Part shown: positions 35,267 to 48,055 of the stretch, in pieces
Numbering within the stretch: position 1 is the stretch's first letter
Layout of the letters: the number at the start of each line of letters is the position of its first letter
NCBI GenBank assembly: GCA_001179505.1
Contig: CDMY01000635.1
Span: 1 to 64,000, forward strand
Direction of reading: 5' to 3'
DNA: 64,000 bases
Origin: Vitrella brassicaformis CCMP3155
Lineage: Eukaryota; Protista; Chromerida
Position numbers and translations under genes: made by a program
Notes under the pieces: generated by a model
What the model was told of the DNA's origin: nothing
The model's input: only the letters and a program-made list of their open reading frames with translations
The model's database searches: none

Positions 35267-36732
35267 ATGTCGACTGTAGCTCCAGAGCGCCACAAGCTAG
35301 ATCCACCCCCTCTCGATGAATTGGCAAACGCGCTAAGTGACGGTTTGGCGCGGTTCTTTGCGGATGTGCTTGTGGAGGTCGTGGACTGCCCAGGTGACGA
35401 CAGACAATTCCACGCGCACACACTGCAGTGCGCCCTGTAGCCTGCAATCGTGGCTGGGAAATCTTGTTGTTTGCAGATCTGACAGCCGCGCCCTTTGGGT
35501 GTGCCTTTTCTGCCCTCGGGGGCGACCCATGCATCATCGGTGAGGCATCTCAGCAAGCGCACAAACGCTCTGGACCCATGAATGAGTGCATTCAGATGTC
35601 GGCGGGGTGGACAATCTGTTCCCGTGTGCGCGGAGGGGCAAGTACTTCGATCTCTCAGCTATCGAGCAGCAGATAGGCGCGGGCCGGTCGTGCTTCATCG
35701 GCGCTGGTGCGGGCCCCTTCCAGGAGGTCCAGCACAACTGCGAGTGGATATGCAACGTCAGACTGCCTGAGGCCAATGAGTCGAGGTGCGCCGTCATGGA
35801 GGGGACGGACAAGGGGAGCGGCTACACCATTGAGAGGCCAAAGACCACCTGCTTTGGCATACTCGGCAACCTATACGCTTGCAAAGGTGAGCAGAGGGCA
35901 GACGCGAAGCCGTGTGTGATGCATATGCATGTGTGTGTGTGGATGTGACTGCATCCGTGTCGTGTGGGTGTGCAGGTGAGCCGTGCAAAGTGCTGCACAT
36001 CAAGGCCGGTCGGCGGACGGGCAAGGATCCCTCTGGCAAGGACCTCCCCCAGTGCCTCGCATCCATCCTGGCGTCCTCTTTCCCCTCCCGGCCGGTCTCT
36101 CTGGGTGGTGTCATGGCCATGCACGCTGGCAAGGCGCGGCTGCACATCATGTCTGACTTCACCGACGACCCCATCCGCAGCAATGATGCGATTGAAAACT
36201 GGCTCAACTACTTTGAGGTGCCTGCCCCCATGACCTTCATGTTTGTGTCGACCTCCATCGACCCTGGGATGGACCTCAGGTCGGTCGGTCGGTCACTCAG
36301 TGGGTGGGAGAGAGGCCCCCAGCATGAGAGTGGATGCGTGTTGTGTGTTGTTTGTTGCAGGACTGTTCACACTCACGGGTGGCATGAGGGCAAGTATGGG
36401 GGCCACTATCACAACGACACCACACCAGATGAGGTCAGGGGGTGGGTGGGCAGGGATGCCATGCCATGCCGGCCTGCATGCCGGCATCGTGGGCTTACAG
36501 GGATGTGTGTGTGTGTGCCTGCGCGTCTGCAGGTGAGCTACGAGGTGTATGTGAATGTGGCCGAGTGCATCTACCGCATCGATAGGGTCAGTGAGGGGGC
36601 AATGGGGAGAATAGACAGACAGCTGGACGAGACCGCGGACACCTCCCTCTCTCTCTCTCTCTCTCTGTGGGTGTCTGTCTGTCTGTCTGTGTGTAGGTCT
36701 CTCAAACGCCTGACTTCAACCGCCCATGTTGA
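35267..36732 (+). CDS. C11orf54: C11orf54/PTD012 (DUF1907) family zinc protein
   Basis: PPLDELANALSDGLARFFADVLVEVVDCP|DLTAAPF, DVGGVDNLFP, IGAGAGP, FGILGNLYAC, VSLGGV, LHIMSDF, HTHG...GGHYHNDTTP (three-His zinc site), CIYRID. Confidence 0.9.
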
Positions 36733-37192
36733 TGCTGTCTGCCCTAAGCGATGCTGCTTTGTCTGTGTCTTAGTTGCGTTTTCGTCTGTGCATCCATCCC
36801 GTGTGTGGACGCTAATGATGGGTGCCATGTGGAGACGACTCAGGGATGAGTGTGGAGGCTTGAGCATTCACCTACACCACACGTGGTTGCGCCCCACTCA
36901 GACTCACGCTTCATCACGGCTGAAGAGCCGAGACACTCGCCGGTGACCGGCCCGACAGACAGACAGGCAGACAGACAGAGAGACAGACAGGCAGACGACT
37001 GTATCTCATTCACAATGAATTCGTTGAGTTGATGCACAGATGCACCCAGACACAGTCAGACACACACACACACACACACACACACATCCACACAGCAGGC
37101 ACGGTGTGTTCCTGCCTCACACACGGCTCGAAAGTCTACATAAAGGGCCATGTGATGCGAGGGCGAGGCGAGGCAGTATTGGCAAGTGGGTG

Positions 37193-38775
37193 CTAGTTGT
37201 CGGCGTCATCGTTGGCGAATTCCAGTCTCTTGCCGTCGGCCCACTCGCCCTTCCTTGATACACCTGATTGATTGATGCGATCGGTGGATGCGTCAGTGTC
37301 AGTCAACGCATTCATTCGTACGGCAGGCGAGACAGACACACTCAGATGAGTGAGATGCGGGAGGGAAGGTGCGTCCGTCCAAACGTTTTTATTTACCTTT
37401 AGCGTTGGTGTATGTGCCTTTGCCATGCTGCTTGCCGTCCTTCCACTCGCCCTGAAACACCAGCCAGCCAGCGCCAGCCACATGCCTACAGTCTGACTGT
37501 CTCCTTTGAGTGAGTCCCCTGTCTGCCTGACCTGGTAGCAGCGTCCGTCAGCCCACGAGAACTTGCCGAATCCGTGTTTCTTGTCTTCGTGGTACTGACC
37601 CTCGTACGACCGGCCGTCGGGCCAATGCATCAACCCCCTGCCGTGCATGTGGTTCCGAGCCCACTGCACACACACGACAGACAAGAAAACCAAACCGTGT
37701 GGTCGGCTGGGCTGTCTGGTCTGGATGTGTGTGGGTAGCTTAGCTTAGCTTGGCTTACCTGTCCCTCGTAGCACCGTCCGTCGGCCCATTTGTAGGTGCC
37801 TTGTCCGTGGATGTCGTTGTCCATGAAGTGGCCCTCGTAGGTGGAGCCCTCCGCCCATGTGAACACCCCCTCGCCGTGCTTTTTGCTGCCCCTGCAGTGC
37901 ACTCATTGAATGCAGTGCACAGTGAGTGAGCCAAGCCAAACCGTGTGTATGTGGATGTGTATATGTGTGTGTGTGTGTCTCTCCTGTCCATGTATGACTA
38001 CTTGTAGTATCCCTTGAATGTCGATCCGTCGGCCCATTTCTCGATGCCATAGCCTTCCTGCATGTCCTCTACCCAGTCTCCCTCGTAGCTGCATCCCACC
38101 CACACAGGAAGGCACCAGGCACACAACATGTCGAGACACTCACGTTCTTTCTTCTCTCTCTTGCATCAATTGCCTGTCTCTCTCGTTGGTTGCACGTTTG
38201 TCTTGCTTACCTGGATCCGTCAGCATGTGTGAATGTGCCCTTGCCGTGTGCCCGGTCGTCCTTCCACGCGCCCTCGTAAATGTCGCCGTTGTTGTGAGTG
38301 AACTTACCCTGGCCCTGCAGTATACCAGAGACAAGCACGGGACTCAGTGAGTGAGTGAGTGAGTCGTCTCTCCATTTGTTAACAGATCATTGACAATCTC
38401 ACTCACATTGGCCCGATTGTTTCTGAATTCTCCCTCGTATTTGCCTCCGTCGGGTCTCTCGAGGACGCCGTAGCCGTCACGCACATCACCAAGCCACTCG
38501 CCCTCGTACTTGACGCCCCCTGATTGCAATGCACCAGTACGTCAGCACTCTCCCGGCCCGCCTGCTGCATGTCCTGGTACATGTGATTGATGTCCATCCA
38601 CTGACTGACCTTCGAGGACGACGAGTGGTCGTTTATCCCTGGCGTGCGGGTATGGTTCGCCTTTGAGTGTGGAGGCGGGCTGGGTCTCGTTAGGATGTGG
38701 CGCCTCCTTCTCGGTGAAGAGCTCGATCTTCTGCTCGTGGGACGTGTCGGGCTGGAAACACGCACACTGACCCAT
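37193..38775 (-). CDS. MORN-repeat protein with N-terminal MGQCAC acylation motif
   Basis: Exon 1 MGQCACFQPD...PLVVLE splices to GGVKYEGEWLGDVRDGYGVLERPDGGKYEGEF. About 9-10 MORN repeats follow (YEGxWxxxxxHGxGxxxxxDG). TAG at 37193. Confidence 0.9.
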
Positions 38776-38878
38776 GATTGACGCCACGCCAAACAGGCTG
38801 TTTTTTTCGAGACTGCGAGATAAGACTGGGGGCCTGCGTGGGGGCCGTTCTCGGCAAACCCGACAGTTGTTTGAGGCA

Positions 38879-40920
38879 ATGCCTTCCTCCCGCAAGGCCC
38901 TCATCGTCGGCGTGTAAGATGCACCACACAATGTCATTCATTACGCAGCCAACTCCAAACTGATGGCCAGCGTGGGGTGTGTACGTGTGGTTCAGGACGT
39001 ACCAGGATGTGCCAAGCCCTGAAGTGCCGTATGTCTGACATGAGCAAAGCTCGGTCGCCCACATCTGCAGTGACACATCAGTGTTTCCCTTTCATGCAGA
39101 CGGTGCTGGGGCACTGCCCGTGACGCCCAGCTCTACAGTGCTCTCTTGCAGAAGCACTACAGCTTCGACAGCAGGGACATCCGGCTGCTCGTCGACACAC
39201 ATGAGACGAGATACCTGGACTGCCGGCCGACCAAAGCCAGGGTGCTCGACGGGATGTGCTGGCTGGTCGACGGCGCACAGACCGGCGACACCCTCGTCTT
39301 CGCATTCAGCGGCCATGGCACCCACATTCAGGTTGAGGATGGAGGCAAGATGGAGGACCACAGTCAGTATGAGTGTCTGGTTGTCGAGGACGATGTTCTG
39401 CTGCTCTCGGAGATGTACACAAGCCAACAACACACACCACACACAACACCATACAGGCATCAGACACGTGTGTTCTGGCGTTCTCATATTCTCCGTCATC
39501 AGATGGGCCGCCACCCACCAGCTGCCCCCTGGCTGCATGATGACCTGCTTCATGGACACCGCACACGCACTGCGGACCCTCGACGTGCTCGGGACGTGCT
39601 CACACGCCCGCCACATCCCCAGGGGAATGCCGCCTCAGGCCGAGGGCTTGAGGCACTTGGCGGCGAGGCAGTGGCCGGCCTGGTTCGCCCCCCACTTGTA
39701 CCCCGCCAAAGCCTTGGGGCTGTTCCCTGATGGAGTCAATGGGTTTGTCTTCGCTGCATGTGCGCCGCGACAGACCGCACAAGAAGTGCATTCGTACGGG
39801 GACGGCGATGGCCATCCACAGGTAAGGAAGTAGGCGATGGATGGCAGAGACACACACGTACGTGTCTTGATGGCTGCGATGATTGCTTGTCTGTCTGTCT
39901 GTCGGTGTAGGGTGCACTGACACTTGCCGTCGCTACTGTGTTGGATCATCTGTGTGGGCGGCCGGTGTGTATTGGCGACGTGTTCCGGGAAGTGGAGGCC
40001 GTCTTTCGTTGCTACTATCAGCAGAATGTCCTGCACTGCCCGCAGACACCTTTGCTAGCCCACAGCAGAACCTCACTACCATCAGAGTGCTCATTCATTC
40101 TCCCTACCACTGGTATGTATGCGCTCATGTCTCAGACACAGACGTGTCAGACTGTCTGACAGGTCTGTGTCTCACTGTCTTTGCTTCTTCTGTTGCAGCT
40201 TACGGCCCCGACGGCCATACCAAGTTCCAGCCCCTCCCTCCCCTCTGCCTCACACCACACGTCATGCGGTCACGCCTCCCAGCCATGACCATGGCACCGC
40301 CAAGCCAACAGCACCCGCCCCCGCCTCCCCCTCTGCTGGACATGCACCCACCACCCACACGGATGCCCCCGTCATCGCTCTCGAGCTACGTGCCGCCGTC
40401 CAAGAGGCCGCGTGCACCGCCGCTCTCTCCCTCGTGTTGTGGGTGCCGCAGGAAGCCCTCTGTGCCGAGGCTGGAACTGACAGCGGCCAAGCTGGAGAGG
40501 GAGATGACAATGCTGCAGAAGGAGATAACCGACCTAGAGATGAAACTCACGGCCAAGACCAAGGCGTTCGAGCACAAGGTCATGTCTCTGCAGACAGTGA
40601 GACGCTCCCAGTCGGTCCCGGTGCTGCCCATGACCACCAGGAGCTTCCGCCCACCACCACAGCAGCAGCAGGAGAGAGGGGCCATACATCCGCTCCCACA
40701 TCACCCACACCTAAATGCGGAGAGGGAACAGCCCGCACTGTTGGTGGGTCATCGGATGCGCCAACTGGATTCTTTCCCCGACCATCTGCCGAGGGCCACG
40801 CTCGAGACGGGAGCCATATGGGTGACATGTGTTGACGGGTCACGTGTGTTGATTCACCCGCCAGTGCCCACCATCTTCCCACACACAGCACAGGGAGGGG
40901 AGGGGGATCTGGTGGCCTGA
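38879..40920 (+). CDS. Metacaspase (C14B)-fold protein with Ala at the catalytic Cys position, plus a Pro-rich/coiled-coil C-terminal extension
   Basis: MPSSRKALIVG|VTY..., GTARDAQ, PTKARVLDGMCWLVDGAQTGDTLVFAFSGHG (His at 39314-39316), LPPGCMMTCFMDTAH (Ala codon 39561-39563 where DSCH has Cys), FAACAPRQTAQEV, GALT, PQTPLLAHS. Confidence 0.88.
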
Positions 40921-41172
40921 GTGAGGGAGGAGGGTGGAGTGGGCAGTTGAAGGTGGTAGGACTGACATGTGATCTGTGGCCTGCCTGGCTCTAGGTATAG
41001 GGACAATATATCGGACTCTGTGCACTGACTGACGCATTGGATTGAGCGATAAGAGATTACTCGACAAGCCGTTTAGTCTACACACACCATGACGTACGTG
41101 GTCTGGCCGTCACCCATCCATCCACGTACACTCGTCCGTCCCAGGCCCCAACACATCCACCCCGCCTGTATA

Positions 41173-43550
41173 TCACAGCAGCTCATCTTCGTCACTGTTA
41201 TCGTCACCATTGCCCGACAGCGACCCCACAGCAGCCCCATTAGCAAGGTCGTTGAACCTGCGAACCACATTGTCGTTCTCACGGCTCCGCGGGCACACAA
41301 ACTTGTCGTTGGGGCCCTCGACGTAGGTGTCGCAGTCGTCGGTGGCGTCATTGTTTGTGGTCCATATGCGGATGTGCTTCTCAATGCCTGCTGATGCAAT
41401 GGTTGGGGGGCTGAGGGAGAGGGGGTAGGGGGGCGCGCAGGTCACGCAGTTGACAATGCCCTTGTGACCTGACAGCGCGCCGATCGACCATAACACCCCT
41501 GACAAGACAAATAAATGGACACAGTGACACAGATGACTGACTGTGGTGTTTGTGGCTGCCTGGGTGCGATTGCCATACTTGTCTCTCGGTCATCCTTGTG
41601 CTGCTTCAGGATCTGTCGCGTGTTGTCTGGTAGCCGCCACATGTGTATGTTGCAGTCGTCGGACCCCAAAACCACATGCCTGTTGTCGCTCAGAAAAGAT
41701 CCGTACTTCTGGGTCACATCGTTCGAGTAGCTCCTCGACCGCAGCTCAAACACGGGATACACAAGGCGATCGCTCGTGAGGGGATACACCAACGCATACC
41801 GATGACGCCTGCAGGCGAAAACAGAAGGGAAGGAAGGAATGCACTCTCGAGGAGCGAGGGGGATATGCTGTGCTGTTTGTGTCACCCACCTGATGACGAG
41901 GACCATCGTCGCGTCAAAGCTGACCGCCAGCCGGTCCGCTAACATCAGATACCTCTCACGACCTCCATCACCAGGAACAGCAGCCGCACCTGATGGCGGC
42001 TCATCCCCTCCTCTCCCCCTCCCCCGCCCCCTGTGCCACTCCCTCTGTCGTCTGGCTATCGGCTCCTCGATGCGTGACAGATCCACGCTATCATGTGACT
42101 CCTCCCCATGACAGGCCTCCTCAAGGGGGGCCGACTGTGTGTGCGTCGGGGCTGGGGCTGCGGTTGGCTCCTCGCTGGAATGCGCATCTCCCGGATCTGG
42201 AACGGTGAACGTCGGCAGGGAAGACAGAAAATCCTCTCCAGGTTCGTCGCCATCGTCATCGGAGCCGCACAGCTCTTCAGGGTCCTCAGAGAAGGCCGGT
42301 CTCTCGTCGCTTTCAGCCTCCTGCCTGTGCTTGGACGCCTTCCGCCCCCGCACCATGAGTATCTCCATCTGTCTCCTGCCATCGTCGTGTCCTCTTCGCC
42401 GCTTTGTTTCCCTCTCGTCGCTGCTGTCCGGTGATGGCGGGGGACGGGGCGGGGAAGGGTGGAGAATGGGTGCAACGAGGAGGTCAGTTGGGGTCGCCTG
42501 GCTGCCCTCTGGGGCATAACGCCTCACATCCATGAATCGGCACAAGGGCTCCTGACCCTCTGTGCGATAGTCCTGAATGGCCGTATTCCTCTCGCTGGTG
42601 AAGAGGAAGAGATAGCGCTCTGTCGGATGGGCGCAGCAGCCCAGCACAGATGAAGTCTCCCGCAGCACCAGCCGATGACGTACACCACCGTGACCGCCAG
42701 GATACCCGCCCGCAGAGCTCCCAGGCACTCTGAATGAATGCGTCAACATAGACAGACCACAATCGAGAGAGAGCATCCATCCGCATTCCTGCTGGCATGT
42801 GTGGGCCCTGTGTGCGCACCTGAAGTCTACGAGCCGGATGGGCCCTCTCGAGAAGCTGGCCAGCGCCAGATTCGGCGAGGGCGGGTCTACCCAGCTCACT
42901 TGGAAGATGGCGCCATTGTCCTCATACGGATCTGACCAAGACCACCCCGTTGCAATTGTGCATGGGGGGGAGGGGAGGGGAGGTCAGGTCATTTCTTACC
43001 CCAGGCGTATGACAGGCGGTCCCGCGGGTTTTCAATAGCGATACGAGTGATCTGGCCGTCGTTGCCACCAGACAACAGGTGGCTTCGCGAAGCTGACGGG
43101 ACGGACACAGACAGGCAGGCAAGGAACACACACACTGATCACTCTGACGGCGGCCTCGTGTCGGTGCTCAGGTACCATTGAATACGACTGAGAAGATGTT
43201 GCTCTCATGGACGTCCTCGAACTCCGCTATCGGCAACCGCTTCCGGCGCCCGACTGCAGCCACCAACACACAAGCAACACGCAGCCTCTCAACTCTGCAG
43301 TCGTGACGAGATGAGTGCAATCATTGCTCTTCTGACCTTTCCACAGCAGCACGCGGCAGTCGTCGCTTCCGCTGGCCAACAGCTCGCCGTCTGGCGAAAA
43401 GCTGATCGCGTTGACGCATCCATAGTGGCCCCGCAGTCGGTATGAGCCAGATGCGGGGAAGCCGCGACTCCGAATGCGATGCTCGCAGAACTTGACAATG
43501 AGATTGGTTCTTTCGCTAGGAGAAGCGCGACGAAGGTCCAGCACACTCAT
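41173..43550 (-). CDS. DCAF5: WD40 protein, DCAF5 (WDR22)-like CRL4 substrate receptor
   Basis: LRGHYGCVNAISFSPDGELLASGSDDCRVLLWK; LLSGGNDG; YSNDVTQKYGSF...VVLGSDDCNIHMWRLP; LSGHKGIVNCV...IASAGIEKHIRIW. Acidic low-complexity insert at ~41990-42480. Confidence 0.75.
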
Positions 43551-43650
43551 CAGCTCTTCTTCCACTTTCCTCCCACTCGTACTCTCCAATTGACTCTCCT
43601 TGCGAGCTTAGCCGAACGAAACGATCAGCAAAACCGCACAGATCTGAGTG

Positions 43651-45780
43651 ATGCCTCTGTACCAGCACGTTGCTGAGCGAGGCCCGCCACCCGTGACAGA
43701 AGAGCAGCGGAGCCATGGCGCTCCGGAGCCCTACCATCTGATGGGCAAAGGAGCGGTCCCGGATCCCGACAACCCGACAGTACGCGGTGTCAAAGGCCAC
43801 ACACAGCCTACGACCATCCATCTGATTTGTTGTTTGTTCATTCATTCCTTTGCTCATTCATCGGATGCACAGGTCCTGGTCATCGTCACAGGGGGTACGC
43901 TGTGCATGGATGTTCGGGCCGATGCAGAGGGCGGCAGTCTGCGGCCCATGGAGGGCGGCCTGAGGGCTTCCCTCATGCAGATGGACGAGTTGGATGACAA
44001 GCGTGGCAAACGTCAGCAGCTGCCGCATTTCGAGGTGCTTGAGTGGCCGCACCTTATTGACTCGAGTGACGTTGGGCCAGAGGAGTGGAGGGGGTTGGCA
44101 CGGGACATCGAACGGCACTATACCGACTACGATGGGTAGGTAGGTAAGTCATCCATCGGTGGACAGCTGGCTGGATGCATGTCATGGATGGGGTGCGATT
44201 TGCGTGTGTGTGTGCTGCTTGTCCTCGGCTTGCAGGTTTGTTGTGATTCATGGCACCGACACCATGGCGTACACGGCTTCCGCCCTTTCCTTCATGCTGG
44301 AGAATCTTGGTAAGCCAGTCATCCTCACGGGAGCCATGCTCCCGCTGGCCAAGGTGCAGACGGATGGGAAGAGGAATCTGTTGGTGGCGCTGTTCATCGC
44401 GGCCGTAATCTACACAAGGCAGTTGACAAATACACACACACACTCACACATACAGTCCTTCGGCTCGGTTGTATTGTAATGTTCAGTACTCCCAGCTGAC
44501 AGAGGTGTGCATCCTGTTTGCCAGTGTGCTGATGAGGGGCAACAGAGCCACCAAGAGCGACTGCTGGGGTGCGGAACAGGGCGGCGAGGGATGGGATGGG
44601 GCGGTGATTGATTGATGAGACGAGTGGATCTTTTTGTGTCCATTTGTGTGTGTGGCTTTGTGCTGTGCAGCCTTCAAGGCGTTTGAGAGTCCCAATTATC
44701 CGCCTCTGGGACGGTAAGGGATGCATGACGTGCGAAAGGACCGACTGATCTGATTGTGTCCGCCGGGTACGTCACGGTCAGCGTTGGGGTAGAGATCCGC
44801 ATTGACGAGAGCCTCCTGCTGGCGCCGTCCAAGCGTGCATTCAGGGTGAGGCATATATGCATCTCGCCACCAGGCACATGGGACTTGGTTGCGTTAGGTG
44901 TTTACGGGTCTGTGCACCAATGTCATCTGCTTTCGCTTGACCCCGGGTTTTGATGACGCAGCGCTGGTGCGGCTGTTCGAGACCGACATGCATCCATTCG
45001 GCGTCGTGTTACAGCTATACGGTAGGTAGGGCACGGTAGGTATGTTCCCCTCGCCCACCGTCGTACCCATCGATGATTGATGCAGTGTGTATTGTATGCT
45101 CTTTGCTGCTCATGTATCTATCAGGCACCGGCAATGCGCCTGTTCGTGGCGGCAAGTTCCTGAGTGTGCTGCAGCAGGGCATCGACAGAGGGTGTGCTGT
45201 GGTGGCCGTCAGCCAGTGCTACAAGGGCGCACTCAACCTCCAGGCATACGCCAACGGAGCCAAGCTGCTGCAAGCCGGGGTAGGCAACACACACCCAACG
45301 TTGGGTGCCTTCCTCCGGTCGGCGAGCACTCGTCTCGTTGTTTTTGTTGCTCTCTCTGTGCAGGTGATAAATGGCGGTGACATGACGCCTGAAGCAGCTG
45401 CCACCAAGTAATCACACATATCGTCATCACGGCATCCGACGATGTCACTCTGCACTGACTGCAGACTGGCGTACTTGCTCGGCAAAGGATACCGCGGCCC
45501 GAGGCTCCGCAGACTCATGGAGACCGACCTGAGAGGGGAGGTGACGGACAACCCCGATTACTTGCCCATCCCGGCAGACCGCATGCCTCCCACCCTGCAC
45601 GTGGTGCACACCGCCCCCACCCCCGCCACACACCCGCCGGCAGTGGACAGAGATAGTGAGGGCAACGGGGACACCAGTGGCGACGGGGGCGTCAAGGCCA
45701 AAGGAGAGGCCGGCAGAGGGGGTCAAGAGGGATGGTCGTTGGAGCACACAAGGGGGGATGGGCTGAGGTGTCGGTTGTGA
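43651..45780 (+). CDS. ansA: L-asparaginase type I (cytosolic AnsA-like), no ankyrin tail
   Basis: [27 protein letters not shown]|[53 protein letters not shown]|[21 protein letters not shown]|LAYLLG, LRGEVT. Confidence 0.93.
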
Positions 45781-45969
45781 GTGACCATTAATTAGTGTGT
45801 GTTACATGTAGTTAGAGGAGGGAGCTTGTCGGGTATGACTGACTACATCGGTTCATCAGTGATTGTGACTCGACAGAATGGAACAATTATTGGACAAATA
45901 CACACGCATGTCCGCTGGTCTGTTCCAGTCCATTGCATCAACCTGCCGCGCAAGAGCGACATCCATCCA

Positions 45970-47572
45970 TCACAAGAACGATGTCTGCACATTGCTGCGG
46001 GAGAACTTGCTCTTGAGTTCCTGAGACTTTTCAACCTGAACACACACACATACCGACGGGCACCAGAGACTTGAGCTGATGCGACGGCGCCGCCTTTTCT
46101 CGGTTACCAGTTTCATGAAGTCGGTATTGTTGACTTGCCGCTTGACCTCCAGATCCTGGTCACGGTCAAAACGCTTCCACGGCTGACCGCCTCCACCACC
46201 CTACACACACATACACCCATGTACCAGACAGACATTCAGTGCATGTGCCCCGGCCCCATCCGTGTGTGGTGTGCCCACCTCCGCCTGCTGGCCCTTTGTC
46301 TTGCCCCATGGGTCATCCGCCTTGCGCTTCATGGCCTTGTGCTGCTCGTCCCGGTACTGGCTGAAGGCGCCCTCCTGCTGCAGCTCCAACAGGCTCTTGC
46401 CCCGGTGCTGCTTGTTGTACTCCTCCAAGTACTTCTCCATCGCCTGACGCTCCTCCTCGGTGCGCTTCGCCTCAAACGGGTCAACTGACACACGCACACA
46501 CACGCACACACACACACACACACACAGAGTGGCACATCCATGCAGGAATGACATGGCTGTTGCTTTGGGGGGGGGGACCTTTCGGCCTTTTCGGCGCCTG
46601 TCCGAATGCGGCAGCCAGTGAGTCGGGGGCGTCGGTCATCCAGCTCTCACGCTGCGGACGTCCCCCACCCTCTTCTCCCTCTTCATCCACAGTCGGCATC
46701 GGCCCGAACTGTGCCTCGTCAGCCTCCCCGCCCCCTTGAAAGCCCTCCTGCAGACGAGCCAGGTCGTCGCGCGAAGGGAAGGCGACGCCCACACGGCGCT
46801 TTCCAGGGGGTGGGGGAGGGGGAGGGGGGCCAGCCATGGCACCTGCCGCCGATGAGGGATTCTCCACTGGGCCAGTAGGGGCGGCTGGCATGCTCTCCCA
46901 CGACAGAAAAGATGGCTCAGGAGGGGCCGCCGGTCCCTCCTCCTTCGCAGGGACGGTGGGAGGAGGTTCTGCGTCCTTCTGCTTGTCAGCAGCCCTCTTT
47001 GCCTCCTCATTCTCCGCCTCCCTGGTGTCCTTCTCTGCCTTCTTGACCAGCCTCTTGATCTCCCTCCGGAAGGAAAAGTCGCGCGCCTTGGGTGGCTTGC
47101 GGAACCCCGACTGCTTGGCGGCTGGCTCGTCGAGGTAGAATGCCTTGAACAGGTGCCGCACTTTGCGGCGGATGGTCTTGTCGGCGATGCCGTCGAGGAT
47201 GACCATCTCGCCGTCGTCGATAGAGCGAAGCAGACCTACCAACTGCATCCACTCACATCGGGAGAAGTAGTGGAATGCAGGCAAGGGATTCAGCCTCGTG
47301 TGTGTGTCACCTCTTTGCCCGCCGAGCCGTTGATCTCGAGCAGGTCTCTGACGAGTCGTTCGACCTCTCCACGCTCGTAGAACCACTGACGCACAGACAA
47401 GCAAGGCATGTCAACAAACAAACAATGCATGTTTCTCCGCTGTTTTGTGGACTGCCATGCTTACGTCATCGTCGCTTCCGTCCTTGTCCTTGGATTTCTT
47501 CTTGCGTTTCTTCTTGTCCTTCCGTCGCCTGCGAGATCCCTCATCAGATGAAGACTCCGAAGCGCTTGACAT
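45970..47572 (-). CDS. GPALPP1/DUF3752-like nuclear protein
   Basis: Basic N-terminus (RRRRKDKKKRKKK); FGPMP; RESWMT; GKSLLELQQ; KRFDRDQDL; last exon VEKSQELKSKFSRSNVQTSFL ending with TGA at 45970. These match DUF3752 hallmarks. Confidence 0.75.
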
Positions 47573-47674
47573 TGCCAAGGCGATGACGACGGCAAGCTGT
47601 GCAGAGGAGGCCGAGCCGAGAAGGCTTTTACGAGTACCCTGCACCCGAATCCAACCCCGACTCGCGGCCTGATC

Positions 47675-48024
47675 ATGACGCTGCTTGTGGTGATCTGCAT
47701 CTGCCTACTCTTCCTGTCCCTCATCGACTCCCGTCCTCCCACTCCCCGCCGCATTCAGCCGCTGGACTGCCTCAACGTGTATGGCCGCCTCGCCGAACTG
47801 CGGCAAGACCCGCTGTTCGACGTGCCACCCTCGGGCACTGCGCCGCAATGGTCAGGCCTGTGCTATTCAACAGTCGTGAGGCTGCACCGAGGCCCCTTGA
47901 GGCGGCCGCGATGGTGCAGACTCTTTGAAGAGAAAGAGATGCTCACCAAGGATGAAGTACGCACACACACGGGGACGCGCATACACCATGATTAATGGGT
48001 TGAGCGCACTGAATGTGCCTCTCC

Positions 48025-48055
<31 letters not shown>

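Noticed and set aside
39081-39833. 250-aa ORF as the metacaspase reading frame
   Set aside because: It fuses a non-coding frame of one exon with the next exon across an intron; the spliced model changes frame.
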